Notes: a model not told the origin generated them from the letters alone. Shown: positions 48,406-64,000, counted from the stretch's first letter. The stretch: 64,000 nt of DNA from Chrysomallon squamiferum (GCA_012295275.1 CM022666.1:1302001-1366000); one strand, 5' to 3'. Program-made: numbers and translations.

Positions 48406-48414
48406 ATATGAATG

Positions 48415-48468
<54 letters not shown>

Positions 48469-48602
48469 GTAATAATAATAATAATAATGTAAACTATTTC
48501 CTTATTTCCCCAAAACAAAAAATAAATCTTTCATGTTTAAAAATGATAGTAATATATCAATATTAATAATAATAAAAATAATTACAATAACAATAACAAT
48601 AA

Positions 48603-48633
<31 letters not shown>

Positions 48634-49129
48634 AAGAAGAAGAAGAAGAAGAAGAAGAAGAAGATACAAAACTATTTTCTTTTGAAAAAAAAAAAAAAAA
48701 AAAAAACAAAAAAAAACCCTGTAAGATTTGAACCTGTGTGTTTACTAACACTTTTCACAACCACAGTTTCAGGTTTTGTAGTAATATGATCTGTGAAGGG
48801 TTGAGGTACTGATGAATATCACAATAAAAATGTAAATTTCCATTATAATATTTTTATTATTATAGATGAAGACATTAACCTCAGGTCAAACTCCAAAACT
48901 GTAACAGGCAAGGACTAAAGATGTAAAATATTCTCTGTCTGTCTGTCTGTCTGTCTTCTGTCTGTTTGTTTGTTTGTCTTTCTGTCTGTTGGCTCTCTCT
49001 CTGAACATATATGTGTAAAATTTCTATCCATATTCTTGATTACAAATGATTTTTTTATTATTATTATTTTTTTTTTAACAGAAAACTCATAATAAAATTT
49101 TTAAACTTTAGTATCCCTCTCAACAACAA

Positions 49130-49169
<40 letters not shown>

Positions 49170-49903
49170 ATTAAATAAATAAAAAATAATGAAAAATTTT
49201 AAAAGACAAAACAATAAATAAAAATAAGTTTAGTCAATTCTCTATCTCACTCTCTTCATTTATGTTGTTGCTCTCATTATTCCAGCTGACAAAGGACAAT
49301 TTTAAAGATATTTCTTAGCAAAGAAGCCAATTTGATTATTTAAACAGACTATGATAGCAAGTATATTTGCTTACATGTGTGTCTGTACGTGAATCAAATA
49401 CATACATAAGTGCGTGTTTGTGTCCAGATATAAACTTAATTTACAGATCTTTTCTGCTAGTCTGTCATATTCCATCACTCTTTCCTTCCCATTTGTTGCT
49501 ATAATTTTGCTTACCTAGACAATTCCTTCTACTCTTTCATAACCCTTTTATAACAGCAACAACAATAACAACACCCCCCACATTTATAATTATTTTTTTA
49601 GATAGAAAAGCATAATGTGATAAAAAAAAATAATAAATAAAAACCCTGTCAAAAAGAACCTTTGTGTATTGTACCTCAATGTGATGACAGAAAGGTAAAT
49701 TTAGACTCACCTCTTTTACTACTTATGACCACATTAACATAACAAACACATTAAAGGCAAACAAGTTCTTATAGAATTCTTGTGCACTCTTGACCTTTAT
49801 GTCAATACATCTTTGTGTGTGTATGTATGTATGTTTTTGTAAATGTGTCTGTGTGTGCATGTATATCTATGTGTACATGTGTTTTAAAAATGCATACATA
49901 CCT

Positions 49904-49936
<33 letters not shown>

Positions 49937-50164
49937 GTCCTGTGTAATCTGCTACATTTTCACAAATTGCACAGAAATAATGTGTAAATGTGTAAGTTTT
50001 ATACATTGTAGTGAAGAACATTTGTGTTATCACATATTGCCCCAAAGTGAAGTTTACAAATTTACACAGAATGAAGTGAATAATCACATTTTCACAATCT
50101 GCCACAGACACTGTGCTACATTATCTTACATTGCTGAAGTGTAAACATTTTCATACCCTGTTAA

Positions 50165-50800
50165 AAACTGAAGCAAACAGTCACGTTTTACGACTTTTCA
50201 CAAATGAAGTATAAACAGTAACATTTTTTCACTTTTCACAAATGAAGTATAAACAGTAACATTTTCCGACTTTTCACAAATGAAGTATATAGTCATTTTT
50301 TTTTTACAAAAAAAATAAACAGTAACATTTTCAGATTTTCAAATGGACTTTTCACACAAATGAAGTAGTCATATTTTCACACAAATGAAGTAGTCATATT
50401 TTCACACACATAAGTATAGTCACATTTTCAGACTTTTTACAAATGAAGTATACCCAGTCACATTTTCACACAAAAGAAGCATAGTCACATTTTCATAGAC
50501 TTTTCACAAAAAATCACGTATACACTGTCACTTTTACATAGACTTCACACAAATGAAGCACAGTCACATTTTCACACAAAAGAAGCATACAGTCAGATTC
50601 TCATAGACTTTTCACGCAAATGAAGTAGTCATATTTTCACACACATAAATACAGTCACACTTACAGACGTCACACAAATAAAGTATAATCACTTTTTCAT
50701 AGACTTCACACAAATGAAGCAGTCACTTTTTCATACTTTTCACACATATGAAGTATACACAGTCACATTTTCACACAAAAGATGTATAAAAAGTTACATT
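50165..50800. repeat. Degenerate ~25-35 bp tandem repeat (TTTTCACACAAATGAAGTATAGTCACA-like) downstream of the RUBCN stop
   Basis: Recurrent CAAATGAAGTA / AGTCACATTTTCA words. Confidence 0.75.
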
Positions 50801-50965
50801 TTGAAAAACAGCCTATTAAAGAAATACATCAACTTTAACAGGTAAATAAATCAATATTGCCACTTGTGTTCAAACTGAGAATAATAACTTCTTATCATCA
50901 GACTCTGTATTTTAACATTAGTTAAAACAAGAAGCTCAATGCTAAATTTAATCTCTACTCCTTTA

Positions 50966-50997
<32 letters not shown>

Positions 50998-51572
50998 AAG
51001 CACTGTTGTTGTTTTTCTATCAGTCACATTGTTAAATTTAAACTCTATTCTTTTATACAATTGTTTAAATGAAGCATTGTTGTTAATTTTCTGTCAGTCA
51101 TCACATTAAATTTAATCTCAATTAACTTAATGCAGTTACTAAGCATTGTAATTAAGTTTTATATCAAGTTACTGAAAGTTAAACATTGTATGACTCAGAT
51201 ATTTAACATTCAGATCAAACCTGCTACAATTTTTCTTAAATATCAAGTGTGTATTTACTTTTTTGGGGGCAAAGAAACAGCAGTTTAACCACAGTTTCTC
51301 ATGTACCAAACATTCATGACAAAAAATTTGAAAACCAAAAACCTGGTTTAGACACAGGCAAACTGTGGTCAAATGAAGTTTCTGAAAGGCACACCAATCA
51401 AAAATTGCCTTGAATTTTTAAAAGATGTTGACAGGTTGTTAAAAAAGGCTGCCCAAGCCTGGCTTATGAAGATCAGTCAGGTTTAAATATATAATCGAGA
51501 TGATGACTTCAGATGAGAAATAAAAGCTTGGATAACAACCAATGCTTTTAATAACTGAGGATAATCGATTTA

Positions 51573-51639
<67 letters not shown>

Positions 51640-51849
51640 TTTATATATTTATATATATATTTGAAAGATAACTGGGATAATAAAATATTTTTTTTTTCAA
51701 AAATTCCAGACTTTAATTACAAACCTGGAATTTTCTACTCGAAGCACTATGAGAGAATATGGGATAATAACGTTAATTTTTAAAACATTCTAGACTTAGA
51801 TTATGACAAGCATGAGACACTGAGACAGAATGCTGGAAGTGAGACCAGG

Positions 51850-51993
51850 TCAAGACTCCACATCCTCAGACAGCTCATCAATTCTTGTAACGGAAGACAG
51901 TTCTATCTGACTGTCCAGCTCTGTGGAATCAGGGGTCGATATAAAGTCAATTTCTATTGTTTGTTTTCTGAAATACAGATTTAAAATACATAT

Positions 51994-52026
<33 letters not shown>

Positions 52027-52302
52027 TAGACATATATTTATAATTATATCTTATATTTATTCTGTAGTAGTACTAAGAGAGTGGTAAAAGAAGTAGTCGT
52101 AGTAGTAGCAGTAGTAGTAGTAACAGTAGTAGTAATAGTAGTAGTACTAATAGTTGTAATATTAGAAGTAGAGAGAAGTTGTAGAACTACTGCTGATAGT
52201 AATAGTTGTAGTACTAGTAGCTTAAATGGTAGTTGTAGTAGTGGTAAGAAAACTAGCAGTAGTAGTAGTGGTAGTAATGAAAAAGAAATTAAAACAAGAT
52301 AT

Positions 52303-52363
<61 letters not shown>

Positions 52364-52763
52364 ATGCGTCTGTGTGTGTATTTACCATTGTATGTATCAG
52401 TATATATAAAACAAATTAAATAACCTCGCTTCTATCCTTGCACATTTTGGACATTTTCCTGGATCAAAGCAGTTTCTATGAAAAGCTGAATGACAACCTG
52501 TTGAAATCAAAAATAAAATATTAATACAAATGCATGTTAAAATATTTGTGTCAAGTTTGTTAACAATGAATCATTATTATTTTACTATCATTATGTCTCC
52601 TTCAATTCTTTAACACTGACTTGTATAAAAACAACCATTTAGTTAACACATATTTTACACACACACACACACACACACATACAAGTCATACACTTATATA
52701 CACACACACATATTGAATACATGCATAAATATATTCATACATATATACACACATATTCATTCA

Positions 52764-52811
<48 letters not shown>

Positions 52812-53701
52812 GTCAGACATTTATACACACACACACAGAGAGAGAAATACACACACACAACTATTAATACACATTACTTATTCACCTGAGCACACACTGA
52901 CAGAAGCGAGCTGGAAAGGAAATATCACGCTGTTTTCATGACAGATTTCACATATAAAGCCCAGTCCTTGACAGAATGGACAGTCCAGTATGTGACCAGT
53001 GACGCGCGACACAGTGCTCTGCAGTTGACTGACCATCTCTCCATTCTTTACCTGGGGGGGGGAAATAAAATAAAATAATTAAATACTACAGATAAAAATA
53101 AAATGAAATGAAATAAATAAAATAGAAGAGAATAAAATAAAATAAAATAAATAAATATTAAATAATACTGTATAAAAAGAAATGAACTGAAATAAAGAAA
53201 TTAGTAAAATAAAATAAAATGTTAATGAAAACTAAATATATGAAATAAATAAATAAATAAATAATAATAACAGTAATAGTAGTAATAATAACAATAACAA
53301 TAATAACAATAATAATGGTAATAATGGTAATAATAATAAATAAATAATAATAATAATAATAATAGTAATAATAACAATAATAACAATAATAACGGTAATA
53401 ATAATAAACAAATAAATAAAAAATATATATATATATATATAACTAAGCTCTTATTATCTAACAGCAAATGATCTTTTACATGTATCTGCCCTAGAAAAGA
53501 AACACAGAACAGTTTTTAGTGAGACAGAGAAATGAGTAAAACAGCTTTCAGAAACTGCACTGGGAAAACATCCTACAAACAGCCTTCATGTATGAAACAG
53601 ATTTAACTTACAAGATACAAAAATAAAACAATTTAAAAATAAGAAAAAGAATGTGTATGTATATATTATTATATGTGTATATATATATATATGTATATGT
53701 A

Positions 53702-53745
<44 letters not shown>

Positions 53746-54137
53746 CTTTTATATTATCTAAGATACGTCAATCAAAAGAACAGATATAAGCTTTTATCTT
53801 TTATGTTATTATTAATCTTCATTTATTAATTAATTTATTTAAATATTAATTTATTTGTTTATTTTATTTTATTTCATTTTCATTTTATTTTTAAATTTTG
53901 TTTTGTTTACGATTTATTTTTTGTACAATTTATTTTAAAATGAATTTTAAAACCAGAAACTTCGGCACATGTGTTAACGTTTTTGTTATGCATGACTTGG
54001 AAACTCATTCGAGTGAGACTGTTCCAGTTTCTAATTTTGCTTATGCTTGCAAGTAACACAACTGTAAGTACAGTTCCAAGGTCAAACTCTGTTTCAGGAT
54101 GTTAACCTACTTAATCATATTGCTAAAGTGCTTTTTT

Positions 54138-54171
<34 letters not shown>

Positions 54172-54191
54172 TATGTTTGCGTGTGTGAGTA

Positions 54192-54251
<60 letters not shown>

Positions 54252-54319
54252 TATGTGTGTGTGTGTGAGTATGTGTGTGTGTGTGTATATGTGCGTGTGT
54301 GTGTGTGTGTATGTGTGCG

Positions 54320-54381
<62 letters not shown>

Positions 54382-54447
54382 TTGAGTGACTGTGTGTGTG
54401 TCTGTTTATCAATGTGGGTATACACATGTGTGTGTGTGTGTGTGTGA

Positions 54448-54483
<36 letters not shown>

Positions 54484-54780
54484 TATGTGAGTGTGTGTGT
54501 GTGTGTGAGTGTGTGTGTGTGTGTGGGTGTGTGTTTGAATGACTGTTTGTGTATGTGGGCATGTATTTCTGTGTATGTATGTATGTTGGTGGGGAAAGCA
54601 TGTTTTGTATGCATATGCATTTTTGAGTATTTTGTATGTTTTGTGAATATGTTTTTCTGTATGCATGTATTTCTGTGCATATGTTTTATACATGTGTTTG
54701 TGTGTACATGTGTGTTTGTGTGTGTTGAATACATCTGCTATATATATATATATATATTTAGATGTGTAGACGTTTTCTGG

Positions 54781-54815
<35 letters not shown>

Positions 54816-55011
54816 TGACCAACATAATACACTGCTATATTGTTGTTCCTGGATCTGCAGCTGGTTTTCAAAACCATGCATGCTCATTTTATCCTACACA
54901 AATATTCATAATTAGAAACCCAGCTGTAGACAGCAATGTGAAAATGTTGTTACAACAACAACGATTCAACTAAATTAATTTTACATATTAAAGCTGTTGT
55001 CATTGTTGTTG

Positions 55012-55067
<56 letters not shown>

Positions 55068-56612
55068 AAATATGCTGACATACAGAAAAGATGAACAGAA
55101 AGTTATTAAGTAATTTGGTTACATAAACGGTTCTTTGTTTCTTTGGCAGTCTGTCAATCACGTATTTTGACAGTTACAGACTCCACCCACACATCACAAT
55201 ATTTTCTAGGAATGCATAATTATCTTCTTTTTTTTTTTTTTTTCTTTTTTTGTTAAATAAATAACTGATGTTAATAAAAATAAATATATAAATACAAGAA
55301 ATATTATAAATTGTTATATCCATTCCAGTTATTTATTTATTTACTTTCTTTAAGTGAATCTAAAAACGAGAAAGACATTTTGAAACTGAATATCCCAGCT
55401 TTATAAAAGGCAAAGCCAAAATAAATAAATAACTAAATTATAATATAGTATATGACTAAATAAATAATAAATAAATAAATAAATAAATAAATGAATAAAA
55501 AAAACGATTAAATAAAAAAAAAAAAAAACCCATTATTGCAGAAATTAATAAAAATCATTGTCAAAGATGTCTGTATTTTATTAAAGCTTCAATCTTGACT
55601 ATTGCAAAGAGCTATTAATTTATGAATGCACACTTCATTAAAAATGAATTATTTATTTAGCAATTCTTGTCTTCAATCAATCCATTTTTTTTTTAAATCA
55701 AATTTCTAACTCTGCAACATGCGAGATATCGATAGATTGTTAAATAAATCAATTCCAAACTTCCTCTTTAATTCTTGTAACAGAAATAATCGAACCTGTT
55801 TGTGACAGATCGTTAATGAAATTCTTGTGTTCATTACATCAGTTATTTGCTTTACAATTACAGTTATTATTATTATTATTATTATTATTTTAAAAACCAA
55901 CATAAAACCCAAGAATACCGTAACTCAAATAAACAGTGAAACTTTGATAAATTATTAATTAAAAACTGGCTATTTCATTAGATCAGGTATTTATTTTGTA
56001 ATTACTATTTTTTTTTTTTACCTCAACTTAAACATACTATTAAAAATGTTTTGCTACTCTGCAGAATTTGACAGAACATTGACCTCACCTACCCAGGCAT
56101 GAATAGTCAAACTGTTGGCTGCTTTTTCAAAACTCTACAAAGCCTATGGAATTGATTTTATTAACTGACATTGAGACTGAATAATAGCTGTTTGTGCATG
56201 CATGAATAAATGTATGTAGACCACACAATGCATACAGAACAAGTGTTCTGGAAATTTCCAGCACTTTGTAATAATTGTGCTTATTTTTCTGTTCTTTGAT
56301 GATCAACTTGACGACACACATTTTTAATAGTTTCACTGACCGTGTGTGTATGGGGTCATGTTAAACAAATAGAACAATGTCATTAAACTGCTGAAACTGA
56401 ATGCAAACTAAATGGGGACAAAGATTAGAAATCATTAATGATGGTGTCAGTGTGTCAGTATATCATGACACCTCAAAAAAATTGCTTGGTTGTGATTTTT
56501 AAACATTTGTATGATGTGTCACATTTAAGTAATAATGTTGGAACTGAAATTTTAGATGAGATGAGATCACTCGATTTTCTTTCTTCTATCTGTCTATCTA
56601 TCTATCTATCTA

Positions 56613-56648
<36 letters not shown>

Positions 56649-59041
56649 AAATAAAAAAATAAAATAGTAAAAATAAATAAATTAAAAATGAATAATATAA
56701 ATATTTATACATAAAATAAAATAAATTAAACAGAAATAATTTAAAAAAATAATTAATCAAATAAAATTTAATATAAGCAATAGTATGGTGATGTTTTGAT
56801 AAAGTAATATAAAATAATATTCATTTATGTGTAACAATATGTGTTATAAAATACATTACAAATGCATGTTAAAAATACTTTCTAACAAAGTTACATCTTA
56901 ACAAGAATAAATGAAATGATTATTATAAACTGTTTTATCTTTTGTAATATTTAGTTATTTAGAATCAACAAAATATAATCTTTAATGTAGTTATTACAAA
57001 AGTGTTGTCCTTTTGTCATATGCAAGGGAGGTAATCAGAATGAGACAAAATTAAATGAATAAAGAAAAATTAATTTGTTTTCTAACATATTTCTGTCTAA
57101 ATATTGAACAAAACAGACACACACAAACACACATTCTGGTGGCATGAAGACAATATATATATAAATATTAAATATATATACCTACAATCTTCATTACCCT
57201 GGTTAAAATCAAATATCATGGCTCATACAAGACAATCAAATGTCAGGTTATTAACAGCTATTTTGTATGTGCTAAGTATTATGAACAGGTATTAACACTT
57301 ACCTGTATTAAATCCTGTATAGAAAATGTGTGAGATTCATCAGACCAGTGTCTAGGTAACCTGTTCATCTCGTCAAAAAACCTGAAACATCGAGAATGAA
57401 AACAACTTTGTAAATATTTCTAAATCTCGCTATTTGCTGCATGTGTGTGTGTGGGGAGGGGGTGCATTTTATGTAGAAATGAGTGACTTTTGCTTTATTA
57501 ATTATTTTCATTATTTATTTTATTGTTTTATATATGTAAAGAGAGAAAGGGAGAATAAAAAAGATATTTTGCAGCTTAATATTTCACACTGGTTAAATGT
57601 TTCGATTATTAAGGCAATTTTATTCATTCATTTATGTAATTGCTTATTTGTTGACATTCTCTCTCTCTCTTTTTCTCTCTCTCTCCACACACACACACAC
57701 ACACACACAGACACTTACACACTTACATACACATACAAACAATAATACAATATTGCTAGTACCCATACAAACATATAATAATAAAAGCAATAATTATAAT
57801 AATAATAATATTAAGAAATTTTAATAATTAACAAAAAAACCCACCCCAAAACCTCAAAAATAACAGCTTTCTCACCTGTGAGCACTTTTACAAATTTTAA
57901 CGAAGCTCTTCAGGTAATGAAGCTGAATACGGCAGTTGTGAACTGTTTCCAGGTTTTTCACTCGTCGATACAGAGCTGGGTTTATATCCTGAATGTTAAA
58001 CAGTGGCTCTGTGTGTATTTTGGTCAACAAGTCACGAGAGAAATTGGATATGTAGTATTTGGAAAAATCCCACTTCTGGAGAATCCTTCCAGGTATGTGG
58101 TCCATAGAGTTACCGTGGCAACACTGACAGAAGTATTTGCCAAGATATTCACAGTATCGGAATCTTTTCATGTATGCTGGAAACAAAAAATAAAAAAAAA
58201 CAAATAAAAAATAATAATAATAATATTTATATATGTGACTATATCAAAACAATTCCAGGAAGTGGACAAATTTCATGTTATAAAATTATTTAGACTTTTT
58301 AAAAGTGCCTGGATTTGATGTGTGAAAGCATTTTTCATACTCAAATATATTTTGTTATGTCTTTGATTTTATTTTATTTGAATGCATCTATTATTATGTT
58401 TAGGTACAATACAAATTAATATAAATATTCTTTGATACTTATTTATAATTAATATATATATATATATTTATATACTGTGTTTATAAATTACATATACATA
58501 TGTTAAATATTACACAGATTGTTGAAAGAGACATGACACCAGGCTTTGAATTAAATAAACTTATTACATGTCTTTATCATTAAGAATTTCAAAATAAAAA
58601 TAAATAAATTAATTAATTAATAATAATAATAATAATAATAACACTAATAAAAATAAAAATAATAAAAATACCTGGCTCCACTTTCATCCCACAACCAGCA
58701 CACCTGTAGTTTTGTTTTGCTAAAATCACAGATCTTCTGAAAAAGAAAGAAAACAAAATTGAGAAATTCCAGTTTTGTAATAAATCATTATTTTTTAAAG
58801 AAAAAGATTCTACATAAGTAAAATACAATTTAAAAAAATTTTAAAATCATTTCACATACTTAGGATTAGGATGTATGTTGAAAATAATCTGAGGTCGAGG
58901 TGGGGCCCACTCAAGGTTTCCTCTTAATCTTGTCTGTAAAATAAAGCATTCAAAAATAATAAACTATCCATGCAATAAATTCACAAATCATTATTATTAA
59001 AAACAATTTTTTAAGGTAAAGCAAAAACAATATTTTATTAA

Positions 59042-59072
<31 letters not shown>

Positions 59073-59121
59073 TTATTATTTTATTATTTTATTATTACTA
59101 TTACTGTTATTATTATTATTG

Positions 59122-59159
<38 letters not shown>

Positions 59160-59644
59160 TGGTATTATTATTATTAATGTTTTTACTGTTATTATTATTA
59201 TTATTACTATTATTATTATTGTTTCAGTTTTGTTATTTCCACTTAATGCTGTTAAAGATTGTTATACATTTAGTGTATCTGCTTACAGACACCACAGCAC
59301 ATACCATCATTCCTGACAAGAGCAGATCAGAATTTTCTCCATCATCTGGTGACACTGGGTAGGAATTTGGAAGAGGCAGCAACTACAAAAACAATATAGA
59401 TATATACACATTGTTTTAAATATATAAATGAAATAAATATATTAAAATACAATAAAATAAAGAGATAAAGAAAGAAATATGTAAATTAAAAAAAAATTAA
59501 AAAAGTGAAAAAGAAATGAAATTTTAAATGGTGAAGTAAATAAATAAATAAATAATAATTATATAAATAAATAAATAAATAAATAAATAAAAACAAATAA
59601 ACAAATTAAAACAAAAACAAATATAAATAATATTAATAATAATC

Positions 59645-59701
<57 letters not shown>

Positions 59702-60664
59702 TTTAAAAAAAATAATAATAAAAATAAATAAATAAATGAATAAATAAATAAACAAATAATAAAAAGATTTTCATAGTTATTTAGACCCAACATCCACACA
59801 GGATTACCAAAGACTCTGGCACGGATTTTCCTGTCTATGAGAGTGTTTATCTAAATGACATCTTTCTGCTAACCAAAAAGTTCACAATGTAGTTTACTAT
59901 CTACCATCTCTGTTATTAGGTATCAAACTTTTGATTAACAATTAATATCGTTAGTATTATTTAATTTGTATGTTAATATCATTAACCAGAATTAGTGGTT
60001 GTATAAATAATTTAAATAAATCTTACAGCCTGAGGAGCATCTTGCTCTGACACCAGCCATTCCAAGTCTGACGCTTTCGGAAGTTGTTTTTCTGAGAATT
60101 TCTTCAACAGTGAAATTGCTACAGAGTCTGCCGAACCAGAATTGTCAACAACATTTCTGAAACAGATAATAATTTGACATTTTTGTATTTTAAAAATAAA
60201 TAAAAACTATTGAAATAAATGTATAAATGCATAAATTAAATATTAAGAAATAATAAGATAAATAAATTATTGAGGAAATATTTAAAATAAAAATAAAAGC
60301 AAACCATTTTGTTTAATTTTATTTATTTTTATTTAAAAGATTTATTTTTACTATAAAAAATATATATATTTATTTTAATTTTAAATATTTTCTTCATTTC
60401 ATTTTTTAATTTAAATATTAGCTTTTTTCATCTTTTTAAATATTTATTTTAGATTTTATTAATTTATTTATCATGGCTTTTATTTCTGAGTATTACTTAC
60501 ATTTGTTTTTCTGCAACAGCGTTTGACTTCTGTAAGTCTGCATCTAAATAAAACAATAATAAATTAATATTAAATACAGCAAAAATAATACAAAATAAAA
60601 TAAATTTAAATTTAAAATAAAATAAAGTAAAATAAAATAAAAAATAAAATAAAATAAAATAAAA

Positions 60665-60703
<39 letters not shown>

Positions 60704-61049
60704 ATATAAAATATAAATAAATTAAAATAAAAAAAAAAAAAAAAAAAAAAAGGAAATAAATATGTTAGTAAATATCCAACAAAAAAAATAAATAAAAAAA
60801 TAAAAAACAACAACATTAACAACAATAATAATAATAATATTTGTCAAGAAACAAATTTAGTATAGTTCATAAAAAGTTAAATTGTTTAAAAATACAAAAC
60901 AAAAACAAAATATCTGAAATTGAAGAATAAAGATTTTTGCCATCAGAAATGAATGAAAATAAATTTATAAAAGTACTAATACTGTAATTTATAGCAAATA
61001 ATATATACCAAGACTGAAATATTAAAATAAAAAGCTGTATTAGCTTTAA

Positions 61050-61091
<42 letters not shown>

Positions 61092-61794
61092 TAAATTGTG
61101 AAATAAAAGGACTAAATATGGATCAAAATGACATGTGCAAAACAAAGTTTTATGCTCGATTCTAAAAATTAACAGTTCCACATTTTCTAAACAGATTAAA
61201 TTAATTAAACATGGTAATTAAAAATGTTATTATTTATATCTCATATGTGCCAGTATAAAACCATTTTGTAAAAAAATCTAGAAATTAGTCAAGTTTAACA
61301 ATAAGACAAAATATAAAATAAGGGAGATAACTGGTAATCTGAAATGGAAATGATCTAACTTTAAACTTTTATATCACTTATGTTAAAACTGAATTGTTAT
61401 TTTTAGTTTTTTGGATTCTCTTACATTCTGCTTTTAATCTCAGAAGTGTCTGTAAAAAATTAAATTTTTCACATTTCTCTTTGGAGTGAAGGAAGCAAGG
61501 AATTCTGGGTAAAAAACTGGCTCAAAACATGTACGAAAATTTTACTTCTGTGCTGTACATATATGTAATGATATCTGATGATATAATGATGTGTTTTAAT
61601 AATAAACTTTTTAAATATGATAATTAATAATTAGTAATGATAATAAATAGATATATTAAGTTTGAGCATGCCAATATAATGTATCAGGGATTAATATTTA
61701 ATATCAATACATAAACACAGTAAAATTTAACTAGTTCTATATAAAAAATATCTTCAGTGACTGACTGAATTATTCATAAAAAATATGGAATTTT

Positions 61795-61840
<46 letters not shown>

Positions 61841-63862
61841 GAGTAATAAGATTAATATTAATTGTAAAAAATAATTTAAAAAAAAAAAAAAAAGAAATAT
61901 TACCTACAAAAAAAAAAAAAAAAAAAAACAACTTAAAGTAATAAATAATAACAATAACTAAAACAACAACAACAACAACAACAACAATAATAAATAAAAA
62001 AAACTAATTATATATAAAGAACAAAAATTAAAAAAAAAAAAAAAAAAAAAAACAATAATAATAAGAAAAAAATAACGAAATAATAATAACAATAATAATA
62101 ATAATAATTTAAAAAATAAGTAAAAACGTTAGTTGCATTAGTATGAACTGAAAGATACTAAATACACCAGTATTAAAATTAGTTTTTAGTGTCTTCAGAG
62201 TAAAACTCTGGTATGTTGTAACTCGTACCAGAATAGAGAGAAGCCATTGAAAGTGACAAGCCACTTGATTTCATCTTAGTCAAATTAGTCTGTCCATCTG
62301 TTACATTTTCTGATACTGAAGACAAAAGCAATTAGTATTACTTAAAAAAAAAAAAAAAAAATTACAGACAGAATGATATTTATATATATATATATATATT
62401 TATTTATAAAAAAAATTATATATATAAAAAATTAGACTGAAGATGTATACATTTACAACAAAAAATAAAAATAAATAATAATAAAAGAAAATAAATAAAT
62501 AAAATATACCATAATTTAGTTCTTGTTGCCCTAAATAAATAAAACAAAATATTTAAAAAAAAGAAAACAAAGAAAGAAAATAGAATAATAAAATGATATA
62601 AAAAAAATGTAAAGAAATATACATAAATTAAATAATTAAAATAAAATAAATAAAAACATCATTTTGAAAATGAATAAAAACAACAATATAAAAAAAAAAT
62701 AAAACAAATAAATAAATAAATAAATAAATTTATCTATTCATAACATTATATTATATTCACATCAAATAAAAATTAATTTTCATTTTAACTGCTTAATATT
62801 TATTATCAAAGTATATTAATTAACATTGTTACTAAAACATTTTCCTTTCTAATTTTAATTTCTATTTCTGAAAAGTTTAATACAATGCTTGATGTATTTA
62901 ATCTCAATTTTTCAATTCATTTTAATCTGATACATAACTGGTAATGTATTTTATGAAAGTGTGGGTAAACACTGAGAATAGTGATATAGAGAATAAACAA
63001 GTTTGAAAAGCTAAGGAAAAGATTCATGATTGTGTGTGTAAAATAAAATAAAAACTTATGTAAATAGATTGTGTTTGTAGAAGGAATTGCATCATTCAAA
63101 TACAGACAAATAGTTTACATAAAATAATAAAATAATAATGATAATGATACAAATAATAAAAAATAATAATAATAATAATAATAATAATACTAATAATGAT
63201 AAAGATGATAATAATAATGTTAACAATAATGATAATAATAATGATAATAATAAATAATGATGATAATAATAATAATAATAATATATGCACACATACACAT
63301 TTTCTTGTAAATACTTACGTGAATATTCAAAATCATCAAATTCATCACTAGAATTGGAACTGTCTAAAAATGTAACAGAAAATTTTATTTAATTAAAAAA
63401 AATCATTAAAAAATAGAAGAAAGAAAAAGGAAATGAAAAAGAGAAAATAAATAACTAATAAATTTGAAATGCTAAAATAAAGTTTGAATGTGCATGTGTC
63501 TGCATTTAAATGTCTAATTAAAGAAAAATTATAATTAATTTATCATATAAACATAAATAAATATAAACAACCTTTTTTTCTTTAAAATAAGTAAGCTACA
63601 TATAAAAGATTTAATTTATTTAAATAAATCGCTGAATAAATATCAAATATAAAATAAAAAATAAAAACTATAATTTTAAATGAAATAAACAAATAAACAA
63701 ATAAGTAATATGCAAATTCATAACTGGTATGTATTTATATATAAATTATATGTATGTAAAATGAATGCATATAATATAATTTAATAACAATGTTTGTAAC
63801 AATAATAATGTAAAATAATAACAAATAACATAATTTAACAACAATAAAATAATAACAATAAC

Positions 63863-63914
<52 letters not shown>

Positions 63915-64000
63915 TAAATAAATAAACAAATAAACAAATAAATAAAAATAAGATTAAACTGACATATAAACACACCTGAAAATGATGAAAAATCATAAGT
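51850..64000 (-). CDS. RUBCN: Rubicon (RUN domain Beclin-1-interacting, cysteine-rich), 3' portion including the Rubicon-homology domain; 5' end outside the window
   Basis: Exons (minus): >64000-63976, 63363-63319, 62315-62229, 60543-60501, 60156-60027, 59382-59305, 58933-58860, 58736-58672, 58176-57876, 57381-57303, 53051-52886, 52497-52425, 51967-51850 (TGA); phases consistent. Diagnostic peptides [93 protein letters not shown]. Confidence 0.95.
54139..54730. repeat. (TG)n-rich microsatellite in the longest RUBCN intron in this window
   Basis: Direct reading. Confidence 0.9.

Noticed and set aside
56092-56133. Possible 42-nt in-frame cassette exon in RUBCN ([14 protein letters not shown])
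   Set aside because: Weak polypyrimidine tract, and the flanking exons already join into a continuous Rubicon-like sequence. No support without RNA data.

Overview
Eukaryotic (animal, probably invertebrate; a mollusc/cephalopod-like genome is inference) AT-rich DNA saturated with microsatellites. Nearly all long ORFs in the supplied track are simple-repeat artefacts. Real content, reconstructed by hand from GT-AG boundaries and exon phases: (1) a 5'-truncated tRNA-Glu(TTC) at the window start; (2) three tandem, intact 8-exon minus-strand paralogs (A 1018-10445, B 12560-22124, C 25111-32169; 377 aa each, identical exon sizes) of a Gfo/Idh/MocA inositol-2-dehydrogenase (IolG)-like enzyme, each with a predicted mitochondrial presequence; (3) an intact ADP-ribosyl cyclase (CD38/CD157 family) with 8 coding exons, signal peptide and GPI-type tail (38581-44966, -); (4) the 3' part of Rubicon (RUBCN, 51850-64000, -). 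The most unusual signals are inside the dehydrogenase cluster: an intact inverted copy of paralog C's promoter and first exon inside paralog B's intron 1, and an inverted exon-4 relic of a further paralog inside paralog C's intron 7. Together they suggest an interleaved antisense unit. Also notable are a minisatellite built from an exon/intron junction that forms a cluster of CRE palindromes in the cyclase gene, and complementary dinucleotide tracts bracketing several introns.
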